From: Mobula hypostoma
Lineage: Eukaryota
DNA length: 64,000 nucleotides
NCBI RefSeq assembly: GCF_963921235.1
Contig: NC_086097.1
Span: forward strand, 132,062,001-132,126,000
Direction of reading: 5' to 3'
Shown: one piece after another, positions 25,623-36,744 of the stretch
Position numbering within the stretch: position 1 is the first letter of the stretch
How the letters are laid out: each line of letters starts with the position of its first letter
Notes under the pieces: generated by a model
What the model saw: the letters and a program-made list of their open reading frames with translations, nothing else
What the model was told of the DNA's origin: nothing
Databases searched by the model: none
Program-made: the position numbers and the translations under genes

Positions 25623-27649
25623 CATCCTTTACTGTATTACACTCACAAACACACACACTTCTTCCCATCTCCAACTAATTCACTATTCACAACAGCACAT
25701 TACCTAAGTGCTTTAACTGTGTACACCATTCCCTTGTGTTGGAAGTTGTCGAAAGCCTTCTGAAAGCCGAAGTACACCACATCCACTGTTTTCCCCCATT
25801 CTCTCTATCAGTTTACATCCTCAGAAAAATTCCAGTACATTTTTCAAGTCTGATTTTTTCTTTCAAACCTATGCTAACTTTGCAGAGTCCAGTCACTATC
25901 ATCACAGCGCTCTGCTAATACAATACATCTTTGATAATGGACTCCAACATTTTCCTGACCGTCCCTGAATTAAAATCATCTGATTGATGGATATTCCTGC
26001 ATCTGAATGAGCTCCCTTAATATTATTAAATTCTAAAGTCTGACATACATATATAAGTTCATTGTTGTGAACAGCAGAGCTAGCTTTCTGTCTTCACTTT
26101 TAGATGTATTAATCAATCAGATTTGTGATCATCACATACAGTAAATAGATTGATGAAGTATGTTAAATTCACATGTTGACTTTGCTGGCACAGTCATTTG
26201 TTGTGGCTATCTTAGAGTATACTTCATTAAAATGCCCCAGAAATTCCACGTCAATGCCTATTTTATGTGTTTTGTGAATTTAAAACAGTAATTCCTCCCA
26301 TTGTTCTGCACAGCAAATTATTTAAACCAAGTTTTCACAGCAATGCCTACAAAATTATAGCAGATTTCTTGTTCAAAAGCGTGGTTAGAAAACTATGTTT
26401 CGAGGATTATTTTACAAGAAGAGAGAGGAATAAATGAAGAGGAAAAAATCCAAAGAGCCAGGAAACTGAAACATTTAGCCGTGGTGAAATGATTAAAACT
26501 GAGAGATATGCCCAAGCGAAGTTCCCACTTCTGGAATGATTGTGGGCCTCTGGAGTGAGCTGTAAATGTAGTAAGGAGAACAACAGTGGGATTGAAAATA
26601 AGGATGTGAACTTTAAGAGCAGAATGTTTTGTGGTGAGGAGATACTATAGGTCAGAGAAATGTATGAAGTTCGGACAGGAAATCGGAGTTTTGTAAAAGT
26701 TATGAACAGTTCAACAAGTCTAAGCACTAAAGTTAACATTAACAAACATATAAACATACAAATTAGAAAAAAAACATTCAAAATCTTGTGATACTTCATT
26801 GCAGACTCAATTCAACAGTCCTGCACATTGCCAGGAGCTTCTTAGCCTCCTTATTTATTAAGAAGTTCCTACCACTGTTTGAAAAACGTTCAAAGATTCT
26901 GCTTCGGCTGCCTTATGAAGGAAGGAAGATCCAAAGTATTGGACATTGTGTGTCTAAATCCAAGCATCCCCCTGTAAAGAGACAGAGTGCCTGGAGCATC
27001 TGTAAGGCGGAATGCACTCACTAAGGATCAGGTGGTATTAAACATATTGCTGGAATATTACCTATTTAAGCAAACATGTCAACCAAGGTCATAAGTCATA
27101 CAGACCACTTTTGCATATTCTCATCAAGTTGTCTGTATTGATGCTCAGTTTTTCGTTAGTGCAGCCAATTGCTGAGCCTCTACGTCAATCAGCCTGCCGT
27201 AATTTTGTGTTACTAGCTGTCAACTGCACTGACCGTGCAGTCAATAGCAAATCTTTGTTTATTACCTGACATCTTTCATATTCAGGCTGTGATTAAGTAT
27301 GAGGTTACGGATATAACTGGACAATGCTGGTTACAACTGTTACATTAGATAAAAACTTAGAGTCATAGTGTTATACAGCATGGACAGTGTTGGCCTGGTA
27401 TTCCCTGTTCAGGTCTCTAGTCTGGATGGTGGGGAGGTTCTGTCAGGGTTTACAGTTCACACAATAACACTGAGAGTGCTATTACCGAACTCAAGTATAA
27501 ACTTTGCATTTGACAACAATTTGTAGAGAGGAGGAAGGAAAGGCAGGATGTGAAACTAGCAGAAAAAGAAATTGACACAACATTGTCAGGAGATAGAAGA
27601 GATCTGAATATTGGTCTGTAGCTTCCTATCTTTAGCTGATTCAGCCTTG

Positions 27650-27872
27650 TCATAAACTCAAGAAATTCTGCAGATGCTGGAAATCCAAAGTAACACAAAA
27701 CATTGTTGGAGGATCTCAGCAGGTTAGGCAGTATCTATGGAAATGAATGGACAGCTGACATTTTGGGCCGAGTCCTGAAGAAGGGTCTCAGCCCAGAACA
27801 TTGACTGTTTATTCATTTCCATAGATGCTGCCTGACCTGCTGAGTTCCTCCAGCACGTTATGTGTGTTGCTT
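27650..27872. mobile_element. Palindromic Penelope-tail insertion (family 2)
   Basis: Inverted arms 27690-27772 and 27787-27870 around tcctgaagaagggtc. Confidence 0.8.
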
Positions 27873-28254
27873 TTGATTCAACTATGTGTTCAGGTGATCC
27901 TTAAATGTTGTGAGAATCCTTTCCTCCACCACATTCTCAGGTAGTATTTTCCAGCTTCTAACCATCTTCTTGGCAAAAATATTTTTCCTCAGATCCCCAC
28001 TAAAGCTCATTTTAAATCTATGCCAGTCTTGAACTGTGTGTCTCCCTTCATGTGAATAATACATTGAATTTACAGATAACATTCAATAAGTCTATGATTT
28101 CTTATAATCATATAAATTGTAATATTTATTTATTTGCACAAATTTTCTAGTAGTTCTCATAGGCTGCACTGGTATTTGATACACTAAGCCATGGTAATGT
28201 TGAGTAGATTATTTCACTGAATAGCCACTCCATGCCTTTTCCCAGATTGGCATG

Positions 28255-28485
28255 GAAACACTTAGCTTTGAGGCTGAAAGCATTGGGTTCAAGACTAATT
28301 ACAAAGACTATAGTGCAGTACTGACTGAGGTATTGTACTGCTGGAGGTACTGTCCACTTAGAAGGATTATTAAGTTGACTTGCAGCCATCCAGTCAGGAA
28401 CAGTATTTTGAAGAAGAGAAAGAAGTAGAAAGCCTCCTCCAATGTCCTGGCAAACATTCACCCATCTATCACACTGCTCATTGGA
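28255..28485 (+). mobile_element. Ancient Deu-domain SINE (AmnSINE1/SacSINE1-like)
   Basis: tagtgcagtactga..gtactgctggaggtactgtc...tattttgaagaagag...tgtcctggcaaacatt matches the remembered Deu-domain pattern. Confidence 0.55.
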
Positions 28486-28959
28486 AAATAAAAGAACTGT
28501 AGATGCTGGAAATCTAAAATATGGACAGAAAATTCTCAGAAGACCAAGCAGCATCTGGGGAGAGAGGAGATAATGAAGACTTTATGAATCTAAAATGAGT
28601 TATTTTTTTAATCTGATGAAGGGTCACTGACTTGAAATGTTATAGACACAAAACACAAAAACAAACTATTCAACCCATGAGTCCACACTGATATCAATAA
28701 CCCATTACACCAATCCTACATTAATTCCATTCTATTTTTAATTGGAACACAGAACAAGATTTACAGATTCCTTCTCCACAGGCTGAGTGTTGTCAATGTT
28801 TTATGTTATTTATTTTATACCATACAAACTGTCTTATCATCATCACTTTGCTGCTTGTGAGAAAATTGGACAAAGTTCATCGAAGTTGTCTTCCCAGGGA
28901 ACTGTGAATTCACTAATAACCACTTCTCTACTGGTGTCAGACCATACGATTATATCTGG

Positions 28960-29495
28960 ATGCAATGTGGTGAAAGCTATGATGAAGCCCATGAGTGCAA
29001 GTTAACCAAGTATGCAGAATTAAGATCAGAGTGCAGAGACAGAGGGTGGAAGGTCTCATGCTATCCATTCGAAGTAGGCTGCCGTGGCTTTATTGCATTC
29101 ACTTTCCAGAAGTGGCTGTGTGACCTTGGCTTCACTAGAAGAGAGATCAAGTTAACCAGCAGGACTGTAGCTGAGGCAGCAGAGACAGGATCTTCATGGG
29201 TGTGGACCAAGTACGTCCAGAGGGGCAGATAGTCAGACAGTGTATCCATCTTTTGCAAACCCTTCAGTAGTTGCATAGACACCTGAAGAGTAGACTATCT
29301 GTTGGATGGAAGCGACCAACAACTCTGATAGAGGCAGATGCCAAGTTTTTAAGCTCACCAGTGGGAGGTGGTGCTTTAGCACTGCTGGCCCACCACCTCG
29401 AGGGAGTCTTGATCATAAGTGGGCCAAAACTCCTGAAGACAGGTGGCAGATCAACTGATGATCCCACTGGTGATAGCACAGGACAGTTAACATCT
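28960..29495 (+). mobile_element. HERO/NeSL-group non-LTR retrotransposon 3' end (restriction-like endonuclease C-terminus plus 3' UTR)
   Basis: EAHECKLTKYAELRSECRDRGWKVSCYPFEVGCRGF...AEAAETGSSWVW; stop at 29232. Confidence 0.8.
29402..29468 (+). ncRNA. Hammerhead-ribozyme-like motif with permuted strand order (G12 mutated in this copy)
   Basis: GGAGTC^TTGATC..AGTGGG cc AAAACTCC..GATCAA CTGATGA t CCCACT: three complementary helices around the CUGAUGA / (G)AAA / GUC core. Confidence 0.55.
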
Positions 29496-29693
29496 TAGTC
29501 CAAGTGTATTTTCAATTCTTTATTATGACAGTAACAACTCAAACCACTTTGGGACGTCAAATATAAGTGGAAGAAAGGGGAGCTAATTAGCCATTTATTG
29601 AATGCTAATACAAAAGAAAGGGAGGGGATTGCTTCATCCTCCCTATTCTGCAGATAGCTGAACCAATACACCCAGTATATCACAAGTCCTTAC

Positions 29694-29835
29694 CAAAAGG
29701 CCGCATGACTTTTTTAGCCGCCAATTCCAGCAGATGTCCTTGAGTTTGGATAGTCTGTAAACGTCAAATTTGGGAAGTGGCCCCCTGTAGGTCGCCAGGA
29801 TCATGGATGAAGCATCATAGCATTTCAAGCATAGG
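29694..29835 (-). CDS. Uncharacterised gene exon C: LCLKCYDASSMILATYRGPLPKFDVYRLSKLKDICWNWRLKKSCGLL
   Basis: Acceptor tttccacatcacttttag|C, donor TTG|gtaagg; 142 nt, phase 2 to 0; the other two frames contain stops; 205-nt intron to exon B. Confidence 0.8.
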
Positions 29836-30040
29836 CTAAAAGTGATGTGGAAATTTTCAGCACACTTTATACATCATTTTCCAGAGCCTACAACCACATA
29901 TGAAACCGATATGTGTCAGAAGTGTGTAACTATGTAGTTCAGAAAATAATTACACAACTTGGCGTTGCACATCATCTGAATACTACACCACAGCCTAAAA
30001 ATAGAGAAACCACAGATGAATATTAAACAAAGTTACTAAC

Positions 30041-30097
30041 CTCGGATTTGGCCAATCACAGATCTCTCCTCTAAAGTAATACAGATAGGTCCTCTCC
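30041..30097 (-). CDS. Uncharacterised gene exon B: ERTYLYYFRGEICDWPNP(S)
   Basis: Acceptor cccctatattttcactag|G, donor CCGAG|gttagt; 57 nt, phase 2 to 2, in frame with exons A and C. Confidence 0.8.
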
Positions 30098-30659
30098 CTA
30101 GTGAAAATATAGGGGCCAGAACAAGTGTCTACAATGGATTGCAATCTTTTCATTCTACTGCAGTACATTTACATGTAATTTTATCAATACTCAGTACAAT
30201 CCTTGAGTGCCTCAAAGTGTGTTTAAAACACCTGCCTTCTTTCTTTAATATTTCATCATTAAATGCCAAAATCGCCTGATATGATCCTAATTTAGTGCCA
30301 ATTACACTGCATTGATCAAAGTGACCTTTTCATACCAGAGCACAAAAATCAATCCAACCGTACAACAAATGTCAGGGGGATGAGAGCAACATATAATCTG
30401 TGACAATCAAAACATTACTTACAAATGGAATCACCAATGACCTGCTTGCCAAGGCAATTTCTGCATGATGTGTTCTGTGTATGTTTGCTGCATAGTTTTG
30501 TCCGCACTGTTCAACGTTTAACAGAAGTGCATTATTTCACTCAGGTGGTGACAGACAATGCAATACTCAAACCACTCTATCTGGTACCAGTAATGATAGA
30601 TGCAACCACAATTGTACATTTTGCTTCGTGACTCAGTAGATGTAGGAAGAGTCCGGAAT

Positions 30660-31150
30660 GGTGAATCAGAATCAGAATTAGGTTTATTATCAAAGATGTC
30701 CAGTATATCATAAAGTGTGTTGCTACGGTGCAAACTATACGTTACAATAAGAAATACATTAGAAAGTGCAAAAACAGAACAAAATAGAGGAAATGTTCAT
30801 GAGTTCATCTAAGCTTAGAAATCTGATAATGGAGGGGAAGAAGCTGTTCCTAAAGTGTTAAATGTGGGTCTTCATTCTCCTGCACTTCCTCCCTGATGGT
30901 AGTAATGAGAAGTGGGTATGTCCAGGACGGTGAGGTCCTTTAACGTTCAATGCTGCTTTCCTGAGGCACTGCCTTTTAAGGATGTCCTTCATGTGTTAGC
31001 TGGCTGAGTCCGCAACACTCTGCAGCTTTTTCTGATCCTGTGCATTGGAGCCTCCACACCAGATGGTGATGCAACCACTCAGAATGCTCTCACTGGTACA
31101 TCTGTAGAAATTTTCCAGAGTTCAGGCGACATACAAAACCTCCTCAGACA
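30660..31150 (-). mobile_element. Rex1/Babar 3' fragment
   Basis: (aatcag)n tail; similar to 59346-59950. Confidence 0.8.
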
Positions 31151-31634
31151 CGAAATGGTCGTAGGCAAGTCTTTTGTTTTATTTGTGCAAATTCTTCAAA
31201 TATGTTTCATTATACTACAGGGTTAATTTAATAGCGCTTATTGTTCGCAGCGGCTCCATCAGACAAACTCTGCTGTTGAACTATGTTATGATATCAGGAC
31301 AGTGTAAGCAGGTCCCAAAGTGAAGAATAGCATCAAGGTGATCTCACGGAAATGTACAAAATTCTTGAGGAGATTATCAGAGTAGATTGTGTTTAAAATT
31401 GATGCTTCCCCGGTGGGAGAGTACAGAACTAGCAGTCACCATCTCAAAGCGAGGTGCCAGCCATTCAGTGCAGAGTTGAGAAGACATTCCTCCACTCACA
31501 ATACAGTGCATCTTTGGAATTCTCTAACCAAGAATGCAGTGGAGGTTCAGGCTGTGAGTAATCAAAGGTGGACTGAAAGATTTTGAGATAATAAGTGGTT
31601 AAAAGGATATAGAGGAGTGGGAAAGTGGTGCCGA

Positions 31635-31850
31635 GATCGGAGTGGCACAGCTGGTAGAGCAACCACCCCACAGCTCTGGTGATATGGGTTCAATTCTGAC
31701 CTCGAGTCCAGTCAGTGTGGAGTTTGTAAGATCTGTCTGTGACTGCAAGAGTTTCCCCTGGGTGCTCCGGTTGCCAAAGGTAGGTAGATTTGTCATAAAA
31801 TTATCTACTATAAGATTACCCCTGGTGTATAGGTGAGTGTTAGAATATGG
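31635..31850 (+). mobile_element. V/HE1-like SINE
   Basis: gtggcacagctggtagagc A box, gggttcaattctgacc B box, V-domain-like gtttcccctgggtgctccgg. Confidence 0.7.
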
Positions 31851-32803
31851 GAAGAGGGGAGACAAACAATAACTTTTCAGCTGAGGAGTTCTGTATCAAT
31901 ATCCATTGATATGTACCAATCAGTTATGTGACACCACTGGAACTCAAAAGGACACCTTTTACGCATCGTTCTTTGAGATTGGGCCGGGTGTAAATATTGT
32001 AATATACTGGGGCCTCATTAGCGTATTAATGCCAGGTTTATGTTCTACATTACAAAGTGAGATAGAGACCAGATGCACTTTTGTGTCAGGTCTATATTTG
32101 GTGTAACACATCATGCACTGAGATTTGGATCAGGAGTATATTTAAGTTCTGGTCTAGTGCACAGACCATGTCAGGATTTGTGCTTCAGATTGGGGTATAT
32201 CCTGCATCAACATGGAAATTCAGACTATTATTACTTTTTGCATTCTAACATGCAAGTATATTCAGTATTATTGATTAAGATTCAACTTGAGTACATACAC
32301 TCAGCAGCCATTTTGTTAGGTACACCTGGACACCTGCTTGTTAATGCAAATATCTTATTGGCCAATCATGTGGCAGCAACCCCATGCATAAAAGCATGCA
32401 GACATGGTCTAGAGGTTCAGTTGTTGTTCAGAACAAAGATAAGAATGGTGATGAAGTGTGATCCAAGTGAATGACCATGAAAGAAATGAATGTTCATGCC
32501 AGATGGGGTGGTTTTAGTAGCTCAGAAACTACTGATCTCCTGGGATCTTCATGCACAACAGTCTCTAGAGCTTACAGAGAATGGTGCGAGCACACAACAT
32601 GTTGAATATTAAAATGGATGAGTTACAATAAAGAGGCCACTGAGGGTAGAACATGAATTCAGCCCCTTCTTAATGTATGATTCAAAGTACACCTATTGGT
32701 CACTTTACTGGGTTCCTCCTGTACCTAATGAAGTGGCCACTGTGAGTATGTACATGGTCTTCTGTTGCTGTTACCCATCCACTTCAAGGTTTGACGTGTT
32801 ATG

Positions 32804-34444
32804 CTATGTTCCCTCTAAGCTGTGATGCAACACATATTTTTCAACCAGCACACAAAGGAAATTAATGTGCGCAGAAAAGGTTAGTTACCTAAAATAATGT
32901 AGTAATTAATAATTATACTTATTGAAAATAATCTTTTAGCTAAGTGTTTCTGTTAACTATATATATAGGCATCTGTTATCTTGTGAGACCTTGGATTTGC
33001 ACCTTGGAAGGCTTCCAGGGTGCAGGCCTGGGCAAGGTTGTATGGAAGACCAGCAGTTGCCCATGCTGCAAGTCTCCCCTCTCCACGTCACCGATGTTGT
33101 CCACGGGAAGGGAATTAGGACCCATACAGCTTGGCACCAGTGTCATCGCAGAGCAATGTGTGGTTAAGTGCCTTGCTCAAGGACACAACACGCTGCCTCA
33201 GCCAAGGCTCGAACTAGCGACCTTCAGATCACTAGATGAACGCCTTAACCACTTGGCCACGTGCCAACACTCTCTGTTAACTAGTTAGTCAGTTTTTCAA
33301 ATACCACAATGCACGTCACTAATTTACGTCACCTCACCTTTCCTGTTCCGGTTTGTACAGCTGCATCACGGTGGCAGCCATCTTTGGCGGACAGTGTTCA
33401 TATTGTAAAGTTTACAAAGATCTGTTTCAAATCTTGTGTATAGCTTACTAAGTTTTTATTGAAAAAATATTGATTCACTATGTTGAATTCAAAAGAAGCG
33501 AAGGGCGTGAAGCGCAAAAAAACTTTACAGGTTTTAAGTGATGTCTTTGATGAACAGGCTGCACTGTGCAAAAGTGTGGCCTGACACCGATTGATTCACT
33601 TCATTTTGCGCAAGGCAAAATTAACAAGATAAGAAAGCAGTATCTGGGAGACAATATTTCATAGAGTGACAAAGGTAAAGTTTTGCTAAGCCAACAACAT
33701 GAAGAAAACGTTACAGTAGATACCAGTTCGCTGTTGACTTTTATAAATAGTCTTTACATTCATTTAGAAGAAAGGTTTCCTGAAGATGAGATACAAGCAT
33801 GGTCATCTTTTGATTTCTCCGCAATTGTAGAATGTGACTTCACATTTGGCGAAGAACAAGTTAATGCCTTATGTCTAAAATATCATGATTTTCTAGCTGA
33901 AAATACTGTAATAGTTAGATAGTTTAATGATTTCAAATCTTCCGTGCAAGAAAAAATTAAATCCAAACTGATTTCAAACTTTGCTCAAATGGTGGCATTT
34001 GTACTTTAAAATGAACTGTTTTGCAACCTTGCACAGTTGATGGACATTGGGAAAACCTTTCTTGTGTCCAGTGCGGACTGTGAGCGAGGTTTTAGCCTCA
34101 TGAATCAACTCAAAAACAAGCTGAGAAATCGTTCAGGTGAATATCATTTGGATATGTTAAAGAGAATCAAAAGCTATCAATTGGATGGAAATTCTATTAG
34201 TCTAGATAGAGTTTGCAAAGAATGGGTAAATGTCAAAGACAGGAGAGAGAAAAAATAACTGAGTGACTTAAATATGTATGTTATTTTGTTGTTATTCTGT
34301 GCAGTTTTATGTCAAATATTTAGTAAACCTACATAAACTGTGCCATTTGTGCATTCAGTGCACACATACTTTGGTCACGGGAAAAAATTTGCACAACGTA
34401 AGATTTTTGTGCACACTAACTACTAAAAATGAGAGGGAACATTG
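32804..34444 (+). mobile_element. hAT DNA transposon, internally deleted, decayed transposase C-terminus
   Basis: TIRs ctatgttccctct / agagggaacattg; perfect 8-bp TSD gtgttatg (32796-32803, 34445-34452); dimerisation motif FLVSSADCERGFSLMNQLKNKLRNR. Confidence 0.93.
32960..33272 (-). mobile_element. tRNA-derived SINE (family A) inserted in the hAT element
   Basis: 11-bp TSD tctgttaacta (32949-32959, 33273-33283); (TA)n tail. Confidence 0.92.
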
Positions 34445-34980
34445 GTGTTATGTATTCTGAGATGCTCTTCTGCACACCACTGTCGTAATGCATGGTTATT
34501 TGAGTTACTGTCACCTTCCTGTCAGCTTGAACCAGTCTGGCTATACTTCTCTGACCTCTCTCATTAACAAGGCATTTTTAACCACAGAACTGCTGCTCAC
34601 TGGATGTTCTTTTGTTTCTCACACCATTCCTGCATTGAGATTTTGATCAAATGTTAATTCTGCATCGAACACAAAGGTTTGAATATAGTGCATTTCCAAA
34701 CCTGACCAGAGGCCTCTTCCTTCACGTGTCCTTCACTTTCTTTGTTACATACTTCCATTTAAGTGCGTAACATTCTATAGTTTAACATGATGAATTAATG
34801 CTGATAAATTAAGAAGCAAATAAGAGTGAAGATGGCATTTTGGTCACCGTTTTCCTTCCATGTAACTGCCATTCTTCTGCCTTCTATATTCAGTGCATGA
34901 AAAAGATAGCTCTAAACCTGATTTATTATACAAACGTATTAAAAAATTAATCATGGGTCAGATGGATTATACATAATTAC

Positions 34981-35079
34981 CTTTTCTGGTCCACACATAA
35001 AATAGCATTGAAGTTACATTGAAGGCTTTTTAAATATAAGTTTTCATACAGTGATACATCGCTGGTGACCATAGAGTAT
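34981..35079 (-). CDS. Uncharacterised spliced gene, most 5' exon recovered (exon A): (x)YSMVTSDVSLYENLYLKSLQCNFNAILCVDQK(R)
   Basis: Acceptor tctcctgttctgtctgcag|A, donor AAAAG|gtaatt; 99 nt, phase 2 to 2; only this frame is open; in-frame ATG at 35072. Confidence 0.75.
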
Positions 35080-35247
35080 CTGCAGACAGAACAGGAGATT
35101 TACTCAGTCAAAATATTGTCAACTTTTAGAGACACCTGAGCTGTAGATGCCAGAGTTTGGGGCAACAAATAATCTGCTGGAAGAGCTCAATGGTTCGAGC
35201 AGCACCTGTGGGGAGAGTCCACCCACACCACTCCTTCTGGTATTATC

Positions 35248-35460
35248 AAGCAACACACTTAAAAGTTGCTGGTGAATGCAGCAGGCCAGGCAGCATCTAT
35301 AGGAAGAGGTACAGTTGATGTTTTGAGCCGAGACCCTTCATCAGGACTAACTGAAAGAAGAGCTAGTAAGAAATTTGAAAGTGGGAGGGGGAGGGGGAGA
35401 TCCGAAAAGTTTTAAGTGTGTTGCTTGAAATTCCAGCATCTGCAGATTTCCTCATGTTTG
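35248..35460. mobile_element. Inverted Penelope-tail insertion (family 2)
   Basis: 15-bp TSD ccttctggtattatc (35233-35247, 35461-35475). Confidence 0.85.
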
Positions 35461-36744
35461 CCTTCTGGTATTATCTCCATTAATCACTGCTCAACCAGTC
35501 CTTGTCATGTTACGCAACTGTATGAGTTGCCTGACCATTTCTCATCATTTCATCAAATGCGATCAGTGTGTGAATCAAAAAGCTGAGCTGATACTTTTAA
35601 TAGATGCTTAAAGTGAAATATTTTCTGCCCTTGGTCATTCAACAGGTTCCAGCAGTCACTGCATTGGTTAATAAGAAGGAAAAAGAATTACTGCCACCCG
35701 GTCCTTTAGAGCCTTGCCCACTAAATCAGTCAAAAGTCTACCAGCCACTCTCCCAATTTTGTTCAATCAGTCAAAAGTGCCAGCTATGGTCCCAGCAGTA
35801 GTCAGTCAAACATCCATTTGCTGTGTACTCAGTCCTCACCAGTAAGCAACACAGTCATCAACGACAGACTGAGTCTTGAACAGCTGGTGAAATGTGCAAC
35901 CTCCAGTCTGAGTCAGTTAGCTCAATAGCCAGAGGCTAGGTTTCCAATTGTGGCTGGCTGCTTCGTGAAACCTCTTAGCTATGCTCCTCACTCTGGGTTG
36001 TGGATGAATCAAAATGCAACCTGTTATACTCCAAGTGCTCAGTGTTAAGTAAACATCAACCATACTTTAAGTTCTTGTCAGTCTGACAAACATTTACCTG
36101 AGTTATTCATTCAATTATTCCAAAAACTCACTAGCTGTAATCCTAACCCTGATTGCCTGCAAGCCATAACTTTTGCTCATGGCGTTTTTTTTTTAGGTAT
36201 AGTTCTTGCTCCTAGTTGATCAGATAAAAAAGTTGATCTCTGTCTCTCAATGTCTTCTCGCAACGCTGAGTTAGCTCTAACCAGGTAACTAATTGACCCA
36301 CATTCTTTCACATTAGCCGATTTCCCTTTAGCTTGAAACTCAAGCCTTTAGCCCCGCTGTTCATTCATCAGAGATTTCAAAGGCTAGGTCTTCCAACTAA
36401 GTTGCATGTTGCTACTTTATTACTTCCTGGTTCTCCCCACAAACCTTTCTATAGAAAGGACTAGTCCTTTAACATTATGGGAACAGTCCCTTTGACAAGG
36501 GGTCTGCACTAACTTCCAAGCACTGGGATCCAGTCATGGAGTAATACAGCATGGAAACTGGCCCTTTGAATAACCAGTCCCTACCGATCGAGATACCATT
36601 CAAGTTGTTCCATTTGACAATATAATCTTCTAAATCTCTCCAATCCATGTATCTGTCCAACTGTCTTTTAAAAGTTGTAATTGTACCTGTTCGGGATCAT
36701 TCTGGAGCTATGACATTATGGATAGCGTAGCTATGGATTAATTA

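Larger units (their letters stand above)
32298..34630. mobile_element. Tc1-like element copies hosting a hAT insertion
   Basis: TIR-like cactcagcagccattttgttagg; sequence on both sides of the hAT is collinear with 54290-54510. Confidence 0.7.

Noticed and set aside
26850..26971. Exon with a strong acceptor (tctgtctctttacag) on the minus strand
   Set aside because: All three frames hit stops and the sequence resembles a decayed CR1 3' end (KAAEAESLNVFQ).
30041..30097. AID/APOBEC resemblance (KRERTYLYY versus GRRETYLCY; PSLCLKC versus SPCxxC)
   Set aside because: No HxE catalytic motif and the spacing is wrong; not assigned.
35840..35883. Exon candidate LFKTQSVVDDCVAY upstream of exon A, possible selenocysteine junction
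   Set aside because: Splicing to exon A creates TGA and I found no SECIS evidence; treated as chance.
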